Shown in pieces: positions 38,252-50,827 of a stretch of 64,000 bases of DNA. This DNA is from Neoechinorhynchus agilis. Lineage: Eukaryota; Animalia; Acanthocephala. The position numbers were made by a program, and so were the translations under genes. The stretch's first letter is position 1. Every line of letters begins with the position of its first letter. The stretch spans positions 11,262,784 to 11,326,783 of the forward strand of contig CM121341.1 in NCBI GenBank assembly GCA_051530055.1, in the 5' to 3' direction. The notes below the pieces were generated by a model. It did not search any database. It had not been told where the DNA came from and was given only the letters and a program-made list of their open reading frames with translations.

Positions 38252-38835
38252 AACAAGTATCAAACTTTAACTACGGACGCCATATATCGAAGTGTATCTT
38301 TCATGAACTCTAATTTCTCAGAAATTGTAGGACTAACAAGAAGCGGCAAAGGTCCCGGAGGATCCTAGAATGAAGCAGAGGTATGTTTAAATTGCCACAA
38401 TGTCACCATCAATGCAACAATAGCCGAAAAAAGGTCAACGGTGGTAACTTGATGAGCCTAGGAGCCTCTGGAACTCATTTGCTTAAAGATTGCTGGGAAA
38501 CGGACGAATAGGACGGTGATATATTCAGAAAATGAACTTACAGTGTACTCCTTTGAACTCATAGATGTCCACTTCGATCCATTTTGAGCGAACGATAACT
38601 TTGCCATTCTTCTCAGTATCCTCAGAATCGTTTCGAAAGTACCGGTCTTCTCTGAAACCGAATTGTAAATAAGAAAAGAAAATATAACACGGATCCTAGA
38701 TAGCACGAGAGAATCGCTTTTATCATAATGAAGAGTAAATGGAATCGGTTCAGTGCGATGAGGGCGATCATCAGTTATTTCAAACTTATCTGAATGGCAA
38801 ATCTGGACTTTTGCAATGTCTATGTATGAGTTCAT
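38252..38835 (-). CDS. Small hypothetical spliced gene directly upstream of GlyRS
   Basis: An ATG-initiated ORF with a phase-0 gtaagt donor at ~38540 and a ttctag acceptor opening DPPGPLPLLVSPTISEKLEFMKDTLRYMASVVKV*. Alternative frames are also open. Confidence 0.35.
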
Positions 38836-39044
38836 TGGTTTTTTGACAGATCTTGCTTTGGCAAGAAATATTAAAACATTGCTTTAATGGCTTAATGAGC
38901 TGTTTATGGCTCAGAGATATGTATTGAAGTTAAAATTTAAGCGCTAAGCTCAAATACCGAAATTTTAGCTAAAAAGTTGACATTTAAGAATCTGCTAAAA
39001 TGGAGTTACACTTTATACTCAGTGGTATCGACATAAATTTCAAA

Positions 39045-42000
39045 GTCCACTAGCAACGTTGAGAAGGCGATGGGAGCAAGGTTGATACTCTCTCACCTAA
39101 AACGCTACTCTAATCCTCGCTATGGGCACTCAAAGTGAAGACAGTCCTGAAAAAGTGCTTGGATTTCGAAATTGCCCAACGACGATGATTCCGATGGTGA
39201 AAAGTAAGACCGGAGTGACGGATGACTGACCGTATACAAATCCTCAGAAATTGCAGATTCGAATTGTAATGCCGACCATCATAACCTCGAACAAGCGAGT
39301 TAAAATCAAGTCTATCTCCTGGAACAAAACGGGATGCAATCAGTTGGAAATCAACTTCCTGTGATGCAATGGATTAAGACTTAGCTTGATGAAGCAAAGC
39401 TTCGCGGACTCTACTCTAAACGGCTTTAACGAAAGGCTCCAAGATCTTCAATTTGGACGCTTAAACGTCCACTGGCAACGCTGCGAAGGCGATGGGAGCA
39501 ATACTGATACTCTCTCACCTAAAACGCTACTCCAATCCTCGCTATGGACACTCAAAGTGAAGACAGTCCTGAAAAAAGTGCTCGGATTTCGAAATTGCCC
39601 AACGACGATGATTCCAATGGTAAAAAGTAAGACCGGAGTGACGGATGACTGACCGTATACAAATCCTCAGAAATTGCAGATTCGAATTGTAATGCCGACC
39701 ATCATAACCTCGAACAAGCGAGTTAAAATCAAGTCTCTCTCCTGGAACAAAACGGGATGCAATCAGTTGGAAATCAACTTCCTGTGATGCAATGGATTAA
39801 GACTTAGCTTGATGAAGCAAAGCTTCGCGGACTCTACTCTAAACGGCTTTAACGAAAGGCTCCAAGATCTTCAATTTGGACGCTTAAACGTCCACTGGCA
39901 ACGCTGCGAAGGCGATGGGAGCAATACTGATACTCTCTCACCTAAAACGCTACTCCAATCCTCGCTATGGACACTCAAAGTGAAGACAGTCCTGAAAAAA
40001 GTGCTCGGATTTCGAAATTGCCCAACGACGATGATTCCAATGGTAAAAAGTAAGACCGAAGTGACGGATGACTGACCGTATACAAATCCTCAGAAATTGC
40101 AGATTCGAATTGTAATGCCGACCTTCATAACCTCGAACAAGCGAGTTAAAATCAAGTCTCTCTCCTGGAACAAAACGGGATGCAATCAGTTGGAAATCAA
40201 CTTCCTGTGATGCAATGGATTAAGACTTAGCTTGATGAAGCAAAGCTTCGCGGACTCTACTCTAAACGGCTTTAACGAAAGGCTCCAAGATCTTCAATTT
40301 GGACGCTTAAACGTCCACTGGCAACGCTGCGAAGGCGATGGGAGCAATACTGATACTCTCTCACCTAAAACGCTACTCCAATCCTCGCTATGGACACTCA
40401 AAGTGAAGACAGTCCTGAAAAAAGTGCTCGGATTTCGAAATTGCCCAACGACGATGATTCCAATGGTAAAAAGTAAGACCGAAGTGACGGATGACTGACC
40501 GTATACAAATCCTCAGAAATTGCAGGTTAGAATTCTCATGCCGACCTTCATAACCTCGAACAAGCGAGTTAAAATCAAGTCTCTCTCCTGGAACAAAACG
40601 GGATGCAATCAGTTGGAAATCAACTTCCTGTGATGCAATGGATTAAGACTTAGCTTGATGAAGCAAAGCTTCGCGGACTCTACTCTAAACGGCTTTAACG
40701 AAAGGCTCCAAGATCTTCAATTTGGACGCTTAAACGTCCACTGGCAACGCTGCGAAGGCGATGGGAGCAATACTGATACTCTCTCACCTAAAACGCTACT
40801 CCAATCCTCGCTATGGACACTCAAAGTGAAGACAGTCCTGAAAAAAGTGCTCGGATTTCGAAATTGCCCAACGACGATGATTCCAATGGTAAAAAGTAAG
40901 ACCGAAGTGACGGATGACTGACCGTATACAAATCCTCAGAAATTGCAGATTAGAATTCTAATGCCGACCTTCATAACCTCGAACAAGCGAGTTAAAATCA
41001 AGTCTCTCTCCTGGAACAAAACGGGATGCAATCAGTTGGAAATCAACTTCCTGTGATGCAATGGATTAAGACTTAGCTTGATGAACAAAGCTTCGCGATC
41101 TACTCTAAACGGCTTTAACGAAAGGCTCCAAGATCTTCAATTTGGACGCTTAAACGTCCACTGGCAACGCTGCGAAGGCGATGGGAGCAATACTGATACT
41201 CTCTCACCTAAAACGCTACTCCAATCCTCGCTATGGACACTCAAAGTGAAGACAGTCCTGAAAAAAGTGCTCGGATTTCGAAATTGCCCAACGACGATGA
41301 TTCCAATGGTAAAAAGTAAGACCGAAGTGACGGATGACTGACCGTATACAAATCCTCAGAAATTGCAGATTCGAATTGTAATGCCGACCATCATAAACTC
41401 GAACAAGCGAGTTAAAATCAAGTCTCTCTCCTGGAACAAAACGGGATGCAATCAGTTGGAAATCAACTTCCTGTGATGCAATGGATTAAGACTTAGCTTG
41501 ATGAAGCAAAGCTTCGCGGACTCTACTCTAAACGGCTTTAACGAAAGGCTCCAAGATCTTCAATTTGGACGCTTAAACGTCCACTGGCAACGCTGCGAAG
41601 GCGATGGGAGCAATACTGATACTCTCTCACCTAAAACGCTACTCCAATCCTCGCTATGGACACTCAAAGTGAAGACAGTCCTGAAAAAAGTGCTCGGATT
41701 TCGAAATTGCCCAACGACGATGATTCCAATGGTAAAAAGTAAGACCGAAGTGACGGATGACTGACCGTATACAAATCCTCAGAAATTGCAGATTAGAATT
41801 CTCATGCCGACCTTCATAACCTCGAACAAGCGAGTTAAAATCAAGTCTCTCTCCTGGAACAAAACGGGATGCAATCAGTTGGAAATCAACTTCCTGTGAT
41901 GCAATGGATTAAGACTTAGCTTGATGAAGCAAAGCTTCGCGGACTCTACTCTAAACGGCTTTAACGAAAGGCTCCAAGATCTTCAATTTGGACGCTTAAA

Positions 42001-43012
42001 CGTCCACTGGCAACGCTGCGAAGGCGATGGGAGCAATACTGATACTCTCTCACCTAAAACGCTACTCCAATCCTCGCTATGGACACTCAAAGTGAAGACA
42101 GTCCTGAAAAAAGTGCTCGGATTTCGAAATTGCCCAACGACGATGATTCCAATGGTAAAAAGTAAGACCGAAGTGACGGATGACTGACCGTATACAAATC
42201 CTCAGAAATTGCAGATTAGAATTCTAATGCCGACCATCATAAACTCGAACAAGCGAGTTAAAATCAAGTCTCTCTCCTGGAACAAAACGGGATGCAATCA
42301 GTTGGAAATCAACTTCCTGTGATGCAATGGATTAAGACTTAGCTTGATGAAGCAAAGCTTCGCGGACTCTACTCTAAACGGCTTTAACGAAAGGCTCCAA
42401 GATCTTCAATTTGGACGCTTAAACGTCCACTGGCAACGCTGCGAAGGCGATGGGAGCAAGACTGATACTCTCTCACCTAAAACGCTACTCCAATCCTCGC
42501 TATGGACACTCAAAGTGAAGACAGTCCTGAAAAAAGTGCTCGGATTTCGAAATTGCCCAACGACGATGATTCCAATGGTCAAAAGTAAGACCGAAGTGAC
42601 GGATGACTGACCGTATACAAATCCTCAGAAATTGCAGATTCGAATTGTAATGCCGACCATCATAAACTCGAACAAGCGAGTTAAAATCAAGTCTCTCTCC
42701 CGGAACAAAACGGGACGCAATCAGTTGGAAATCATCTTCCTATGATGCAATGGATTAAGACTTAGCTTGATGAAGCAAAGCTTCGCGGACTCTACTCTAA
42801 ACGGCTTTAACGAAAGGCTCCAAGATCTTCAATTTGGACGCTTAAACGTCCACTGGCAACGCTGCGAAGGCGATGGGAGCAAGACTGATACTCTCTCACC
42901 TAAAACACTACTCCAATCCTCGCTATGGACACTCAAAGTGAAGACAGTCCTGAAAAAAGTGCTCGGATTTCGAAATTGCCCAACGAGGATGATTCCAATG
43001 GTAAAAAGTAAG
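39045..43012 (+). repeat. Tandem array of a 423-bp unit, ~9.4 near-identical copies
   Basis: Identical 88-aa ORFs start at 39386, 39809, 40232, 40655, 41078, 41498, 41921, 42344 and 42767. Spacing is 423 bp, and 420 bp once. Confidence 0.97.
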
Positions 43013-43533
43013 ATCGAAATTTCTGTGTATCTTTGTCGTTTAAAAATAGTTACAATTCTTCATGTCTGTTACTAAAATCGTTCAGACGGTACTGTGTATG
43101 CGCATGAACATTTCTTATTGTCTAAATGTGACTCATTCTCTCAGTTTTTGTTCATTGACTGGTTTTTTTGCAGTAAATGCAGAATCTGCACCATCATTTT
43201 CCAATGCGTAACAATGAAGAACTACAGTTCTCCCACTTTTTACATTCTAATTTCACTAGGAAATTTTGGTTGTGCTATGAAGATATCCTCGAACGAGCTT
43301 TGGCGTAACGCGGTGCCAGTTAAATCGATTTAAGCGTTTACACGCATTCTTTAAGAATCAAAAGGATTGTTGCCTTTAATCCATAAATTTAAATTTAGCT
43401 TCCTCTTCCCTGATAGCAACATTCTAGATTTCCTCTAAAAGCTTAAATCATTATATTAACCCGCTATTTAAAAACGAATCTACCAAATAATAAATTTTAG
43501 CTTCTTTTTTAAAGCGAAGACTGCAATTTTCAG

Positions 43534-44081
43534 ATGAAGGCTAGCCTTGCTGTGAGGGAAGCGAGTGGCTTCGTTATATTCCGTCGTCCGTCCTGCCGGC
43601 GACCAGTCGAATATCTTCTTTTGAAAGCATCCTATAAGCCTTATCATTGGACGCCTCCAAAAGGTATAAAATTATCCATCATGACTCCATGCAGAATGCC
43701 CATTAACATGTTTTAGGCCACATTGATCCGGGTGAGACAGCTTACTTGGCTGCGATTAGAGAAACCAAAGAAGAAGCCGGAATCAGGGCCAGCGATATGA
43801 AACAGGATCCTAAATGGGAACCACTTCCAATCACAATCGAGTATACAACACCTACGAATGTGCTAAAGAAGGTGCATTACTACATCAGCGAGGTTGGCAA
43901 TCAAACGAAGGTCATCTTAAGCTCAGAGCATAGATAAAGAGGAGTAGCTGGGCGATTTCTTGGTAGATTCTTCTCTTATTGTACAGAGTATACTTGGCAG
44001 CCCTTAAGTGTTGCAATGGATATAGTGAATTTTCCAGAAATGCAGAAGGTGCTTGAGATTGTTAATGAGCGAGTGTGTTGA
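43534..44081 (+). CDS. NUDT2: Bis(5'-nucleosyl)-tetraphosphatase (asymmetrical Ap4A hydrolase), Nudix family
   Basis: ASGFVIFRR...EYLLLKASY..HWTPPK|GHIDPGETAYLAAIRETKEEAGI (Nudix box) and LSSEH|TEYTW...FPEMQKVL. Exons 43534-43663, 43717-43931 and 43983-44081; the second interruption is non-canonical. Confidence 0.92.
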
Positions 44082-44267
44082 TCAAAAATAATGAGAGCTT
44101 GGCGGATTTGCGAGTGCGTCTTGGTGTTCATATAAGTATCCCACTTTTCTCTACGTTACTGACTGCTTGAATTCGACTTTGAAGTTTATTTCTATATCCA
44201 ATATTACTGACACCTTCAGTATTCGGACTAAATAACGAACGCATAGGATAGCGAATTCATTGCCATT

Positions 44268-44360
44268 TGTCTTGTGAAATACTACTTGATTTTCCAGGAT
44301 AACATTTTCGAAATGTAATTATAAAGAAAAATCTTTTTTTCGAGCTTTCGCCATCTTATG
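44268..44360 (+). repeat. Dispersed repeat shared with ~50780-50900
   Basis: TCTTGTGAAATACTACTTGATTT.CCAG...TGTAAT.ATAAAGAA.ATCTTT...TTCGAGCTTTCGCC occurs at both sites. Confidence 0.65.
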
Positions 44361-45192
44361 GCTTCCTCATGAATCTACAAAGGCGCGTGGAGATGTGAAG
44401 TTTGTTAAAGTAGCGACATCGAAGCGGAAAGTTCGTCCCGTTTGTTGAGCTGTTCTAGGGCTCGTCTAGCTAATGTCCAGAACACTCCCTCGCATTGTCT
44501 GCGGAAACACCGCCCCTTGCTCTTCCAACCTCGGCGATATATATAGTTCCACGGGGTCCTTAACTACAAACCTAATTCGCGTGGAGGTTAACTAAAAGGA
44601 AATCGTGGCATATCTCTTCAATCTGAACGAGCGGTTTCAAAAGAAAAATTTTAATAACCATATTGCTGATGTTCTTTTATAATATCAATTTAGGTTGTAA
44701 CAATGAACAAAAAGACCGGCGGAAAATTTTTTGAGTACTGTGATTGATCATTGGAAAACTTTTTAAGCCTTCTCTTACGATTGCACATTTTTAAGTATAA
44801 CATTTTTCAAACATGTTGTTCTCTGAGGTTCGAAAAATTCCTGCAAATTAGAAATTCGGACTTTATCGCCGCTTGCCCATAATCAACATTCATATTATTC
44901 GGACTTTGTTCCGCAGTTGTAAATATTTATGGAACATTGCAATTACACTGTAGTTGCTTGAGACAAAGTAGTAATTTTTTAAAGCAATAGTCGGAATTTT
45001 TACATGAATTCAAATAAGATTAAATCGTACAACGATCCACGATTGGCGAATTCATGGTTTGATGGACAATTTCAATAGTTTAAAGTAATCACTTAAATTA
45101 GTGATGATTCTTGAAATCTGATGCAATTCTTATCCCAAACACTCAACTAGAAAGTTCGATATTTTTTATTTAAGATATAAAGCTACTGCTTA

Positions 45193-46963
45193 CTACACGC
45201 TATCTTCCCCTTTAACAACGTCCAGACTAATTGGGGAATCTACTAATTCGTCGTCGTTTTCACTCTTTTCATGCCCGTGTCTAATCCAAGGTTCAACATC
45301 GCCACTTCCAAGAATGAGAAAGAGCAATCCGCCGATGACCCAAATAACCGACGATATGATAAAGACTGTTCTCCATTGCCAAGCAACATCAAGTCCCTAA
45401 AATATATTACATAAAACGTTACAATCTTGATGCACTTACATTTCCTTCCTTTGTGAGAAATCCGGCGACGTGTGGCACAATTATGCCCGGAATCGTGGCC
45501 AGGGTGTTCGAAATCCCGAAAACTATTCCGGCAATTGGAGGTGCTAGGTCATTCGCATTCACCATGAACCCCGCTCCCCATGCAACACCACTAAATTAAA
45601 ATTTTAAATGAAATATTTAAGAAACCAAAGAGTCTTACTATAAGCCTTGACCGATTGTCAACAAAGCGACAGCTAAGAATTTGTTTTGGCAGTTCACAAA
45701 TCCGAGAGCAAAGAGACATATTGCGGGTATTATGGAACCTTTGATTTAATGTAGTGACAAAGAATTCGCTAGAACCTCAAACCTATCAAAACTGCCACTT
45801 TGCGTAGAAGGGTCCTGCTCTTGACCAGGTTTTTACTTAGCAATAGATCGGCCGAATAACTTGATACACAGATAACGATCCATACCGACAGATAGGGTAA
45901 GGATGATAAAAGTCCGTTCTAAAATATCTTTTCGGGTTTTATTCTTAAAAAAATCAACAAACCTTCTTTATATCAAAAAGTAGTTCTTCTTTCATGTAGG
46001 TCGGCGTTTGGGTTAGTAGAGTATAAAATCCCCAGTTCATGCAGGTATGACAAGAGAACATCCCCCAGCAGTGTTTGCTGGTGAAAATTGATTTCCATGG
46101 AACATTGGAATGGTCGTCTCCTCCAGCTCCTCCAGTAAATCTCGCAATGTAAAGCTTTTCCGCATTCCCAGTGAATTTGTTTTTTTCGGGAGTGTCTGAG
46201 AAAATGATTATCCATGCGAAGGTCCATACAAAGCCCAATATGGCAATGGTATAGAAAAGTCCGGGCCATCCCCACTTAGTCGTACACAAAAATCCTCCCA
46301 GAGGAAGAGTCATTATGGTGCCCAAATGAGCTCCGGATGTAGCTAAACTCACCAAGAAACTCCTTTCAGGTGTAGGAGCCCATTTGCTCCATATCTGAGA
46401 TACAGCCGGAAATAGACAGCCGCACCCGGTTCCAACTACCACCCTCAGGAAGATGAGTAGACCGTAGTGAATCCTGGCAGCTGAAGCGTAAAGAAGATTA
46501 CAAAGACAGTTGGTGAGTAGAGCGCCTGTCATAACCCATTTTGGGCCGTATTTAGAGGAAAGGATTCCGGCTGGGATTTCGCTGATTAAGTATCCATAAG
46601 GTTGAAATCGTCCATGCGATAAAGTGCTCTTCGCCCCATAGACGACTCCAACGCGTAAAAGAAAGCACTAAGTAGATGGGACCGTATTGTAGGTGACCAA
46701 TCAAATGTCTCCCTTTTGAATAGATCTTTCTTGGCGGTCTTTGTTTTACTGGAAGTGCCTAGTTCAGGACATAGTTGCATTGAGCGATTCGCTCGTTCGG
46801 TCATTTTTGTAACTTTACTCTTGGTATCTACCATACAAACCAAATTGACACTTAAATCTATTTTCTGGCAGTACTGCATGAACATTCCCAACATGGCCAG
46901 AATTGCTACTACTTGCCGCATATGACCGGCCTTTCTAGCCAACGGTTCCTCAGGGTTAGTCAT
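45193..46963 (-). CDS. SLC17 (sialin/VGLUT/NaPi-like) MFS anion transporter
   Basis: FDWS...LSAFFY|GYLISEIPAG, RVVVG...FPAVSQIWSKWAPTPERS, GWPGLFY, WGFYTLLTQTPTYM, GFMVNANDLAP..AG and WRTVF. It has four GT-AG introns (43-50 nt) plus a 59-nt non-canonical insert at 46598-46656. Confidence 0.92.
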
Positions 46964-48654
46964 TCTGAAGTGGATATTAATTTGTGAGTGAATGGCTCCA
47001 TTACAGTCAACGTGATGAGAGCGTTAGAAATACAGTTAAGCCATTATTTAAAAAAACCAAATACGGTTCATTAAAGTGCGTATTGATTAGCATCCTAAAG
47101 AGTCATAAAAACATCTTTTTATGAACATTTTGATAAATACCTTACCTCCATTATGCGTCGATAAGGATCCTGTCGAGTGGATAAAAATGTAGGCGTTTTA
47201 AGCAAAAAAAATTCGATTATAAGCAACTTTAATGGTTATGGGGATATTTTGTCGCGTTAACCAAAAGGGACCTTGGAGCTAGATTCCTCCGCTTATAATC
47301 CTATCGGTGGAGAGATCAAATCTGGCGTGTCTGGAGAAAATACTAGGACATAATGCCTTTTTCCTCCCGAATCTTCCTACGTCTTTCAGTTTGCTTTATC
47401 GCGAACGATGTCGAAGACTGCGCTTCAGAGGATTTATTCTGTATACATCTTGACGGGATGCAATCCTCCCGATATAAATAGTGAGCATTTCCCGCTATTC
47501 AATACCTTCTGAGAATGACGAAGAGAAATCGAACTGGGAGATCAAGATATACGCAAATGTGGGCGAGCGGGACGATTTCGAGATTGAATGAAATCGCAGG
47601 AGCTAAGGAGAAAGAGAATACTCATGACATTGACTGGAAAGACAGCGCACGCGATTCATGAAAAGAATCAAGAGATTGTAACAGGATTTGGATTAAGGGA
47701 AAGTTATACCATTTGATTTTTTGCGTTTCTTTGTGAATTAATAATGTATATTTTTCGTTCTTTACAGACAAAAGAACCTGTAATGAATTCACCCTATTGC
47801 AAAAATCCCAGTGGTCCGAAAAGGATGGCAATGTTCATTAAAAAATCGGTGCGGTATTAGGTGTTCTAAAGGCGGTAATTTCAAACCGTCAATTAGTGAA
47901 TGGAAAAAATGCGTAAATTGAACTGAATTCGTAGTGGAGTTAAGACTTGATTAGGTTTAAAACAAAAGAAATCTCTAATGCTTTTAGACATTTTATTTCA
48001 GTCGATCGTTTAAGCTTAACGGAAATAGACGACTGCGGAGATAAGCGGCGTGTAATATATATAGGAGATGATGATTCGGGGGTGGGAATCTGAGAACCTT
48101 GTTACCCGTCAGAGGGATGCAATGTCGTCGATCGAACCATCTTTGCTACTTTGGACTGCGGAGTAGCGTGGAAAGTCAGTACTCAAGCAGTGAAAATGTT
48201 TCGCTGGTGGACAAACAAGTGAATTTCAAAACACGAGTGATAAAATCTTTAAATACATGGCAAATAAAGGCAATATGTATTTTCAAAAAAATCTAATTAG
48301 GTTCACGAGCCACAATCCATAAATCAATGAGGATAATCTCTCGATTTTTTATATGAGGGTAACGAGAGCGTAAATTAGGGCGTGAAATAAGGGAAGCAAC
48401 AAATAAGGGGCTTTTCGTGAAAATTGGGAACTTGTGTTGCGTGATATTAATAAGAATTGATTAAGTGGAGTCTATTAGATAAAATATTCCTTAAAGGCTT
48501 TAAAAGTGAAGTTAAAAGATCATTTTTAACTTTAAGCGCAAATATTATAAGATTACGTCTATGTTTCTCAATTCACAGAAATGGGAAACGAATCGCAATA
48601 TATTTTTAGTGGATATTCCATTGAAGCATGTTGTGTTTGGTGGTTTAATCCGAA

Positions 48655-49120
48655 CAAAACCTGAAGAAGTCCGACGAAACGGACGAAATATTGTCACAAA
48701 GGAATTAATAAATCTCTAAATCAGACGAAATAAAATACATCCATGAACAAATTCTTTACAGCAACCAAACAAATCCTTGGTTTATCTCTTTATTAAAAAA
48801 TCAAAATTGTAAACTGAGATTCCAGTGCGAATTAAACACTTTTACAACCTGAAGAAGTTCTACGAAACGGACGAAATATTGTAAAAAAAGAATTAATAAA
48901 TCTCTAAACCAGACGAAATGAAATACATCCATAAACAAATTCTTTACAGCAACCAAACAAATCCTTGGTTTATCTCTTTATTAAAAAAAATCAAAATTCT
49001 GGACTGAGATCTTCAGTGCAGATTAAACACTTTTACAACCTAGAGAAGTCCTACGAAACGGACGAAATATTGTTACAAAAGGAATTAATAAATTAATCTC
49101 TATAGCACCAAACAAATTCT
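48655..49120 (+). repeat. ~190-bp tandem repeat family, second locus
   Basis: Same unit as at 16370-16815, about 2.5 copies. Confidence 0.8.
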
Positions 49121-49306
49121 TTACAACTATTGGATCAGCAGCAGCAAAAGTTCGGATGTACAAGATCTTGAGATACTAATTTCGATCACGAGGTTTTAAG
49201 GACGTGTTTGAAAATGTTCTGATGCTTATCTACTACCACCTCGACATTTCCATGACTCGATATCTTCACTAGACATACACGGCCACACACAAAACGTGAT
49301 TTTATT

Positions 49307-50011
49307 TCATCTAAAGTCTTCGTGTGTTTCACAATCCGGAAACTGTTTCTTCATCCATCGCACAATTGCAATGATCGTTTCTTCGTCCTCGGCACTAACG
49401 TATATGTATCCATTGAACCCAACAATTATCTCGTATTTTATTTCTTTAGCAAGCAAGAACAGCGATCTGGCATCTTGTTTAATGAGTGAGAGTGCACTCA
49501 TGGGCGACATTCTAATGAGAATTCCGTGTTCATGTAAAGGTCCCATACCATTGGCGGTTCCATCTCGCTCAACACAAGTCAACTCCGCCGGTCCGCTCTC
49601 GGCACTCTTACGAACCCGACAAAATACGAGGTCTCCAGGTGAAAGCTCCGGTTTGTTCCGATGAGTGGCTCGTTCGAATGAAAGTCGAGGCAAAAGGGCA
49701 TACTCGCAAGCGTTAATGCTCACTTTGTAGACCTCGGATGAGCGATTGGCGATTACTCCAACGACGTAGTCGCGAGGCACTGGAGTGTACAGCTTTGGTA
49801 AAGTATTCAAATGCACTCCGTTCACATGTCCGTTTTTATTGTACTCGAAAATCACTCGACCACATATTAACGATTTAAATGTATCCGTGGACAAACGTCG
49901 CAGGCCGTTACCAACGAGCGGAAATTCTATTGATTTTAGCTTTGGAGAAATTTTGAACTCGCATCCATGGAGAACAATTTCACCGTTTTCGACATTCAAA
50001 ATATCCGACAT
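49307..50011 (-). CDS. EXOSC3: Exosome complex component RRP40
   Basis: GNGLRR, YTPVPRDYVVGVI, ALLPRLSFERATHRNKPELSPGDLVFCRV, ELTC...GMGPL and EIIVGFNGYIYV match the RRP40 S1/KH pattern. Intronless. Confidence 0.92.
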   Translation of the reverse strand: MSDILNVENGEIVLHGCEFKISPKLKSIEFPLVGNGLRRLSTDTFKSLICGRVIFEYNKNGHVNGVHLNTLPKLYTPVPRDYVVGVIANRSSEVYKVSINACEYALLPRLSFERATHRNKPELSPGDLVFCRVRKSAESGPAELTCVERDGTANGMGPLHEHGILIRMSPMSALSLIKQDARSLFLLAKEIKYEIIVGFNGYIYVSAEDEETIIAIVRWMKKQFPDCETHEDFR

Positions 50012-50827
50012 CTAGAAAGTGAGGGAAACAAGCTCTTGGCAAGAATTCAATGGTTCTTTGATGAGTGCGGTAAAGCTGAATTTGCTTCTAGAAATGCGAG
50101 CTCCATGGAGGTAATTTGAAAGTCGTAAAAACAATCAACACCTTGAATGATATTTTTTGGTCCTCGAGGAAGACTTAGTGAAGAGAAAATGCGAAATATT
50201 TACCCTGCTGAATTAGTCTATTTAAAATCGAAACACAAGGTGACATTGAGTTGTAATGTTTCCGAATCTGTCATTACAACGGTTTTTGTTATTTAAACCT
50301 TTTTGTGTAATCACCGTTGTTTAGAAGGAAAATCAAATGAAAAGACGCGAAGATCATTTGATTAAGGACTTAAGAAACGAAAAGAAATTTTGCGAAAGTC
50401 GAAATATCTTCATAAGTGAATGATCATTTTTCGTTGTTAGTAATCATTGTCCGAGCAATGCTTTAATAATATCATCGAGAAAGAAAATCCTTCGGGATCA
50501 AACAGATTGAATTGTGGTGAAGACCATCCTATTAAAATGCGTTTTTTTTCGAGACTATCACTACGATTCAAATAAAAATCGATTTGCGCAGATGTAAACC
50601 CACTAAGATAGAGGAATACTGTTTATGGATCTCTAACAAATAAACAGTTTTCTGTCGCTAATTTAAGAATTAAATCGGTTGTTATGAGATCTAAAATCTT
50701 AGCGAATTTTTCATCGTTGACTAGCTTAATCTCATACAAAAGTTCGGCCTTTTTTATATTGCCCATTGTTTTTTAAATTTCTTGTGAAATACTACTTGAT
50801 TTCCCAGCTGCATGATTTTTACCAAGT

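Noticed and set aside
38380-38412. TA-bounded 33-nt hairpin (TATTGTTGCA...TGTGGCAATTTA) as a seventh insert
   Set aside because: The host gene model is unresolved. In the preferred model the hairpin lies inside a GT-AG intron, so no restored ORF can be shown.
39386-42900. snRNA, SL RNA or 5S array within the 423-bp repeat
   Set aside because: No U1, U2, U5, U6 or 5S signature was found by eye; only a weak AATTTGG Sm-like word.
43934-43984. U12-type AT-AC intron in NUDT2
   Set aside because: The 5' end is ATAAAG, not ATATCCTT, and there is no clear TCCTTAAC branch site. The TA register explains this site together with five others. It is kept only as a testable alternative.
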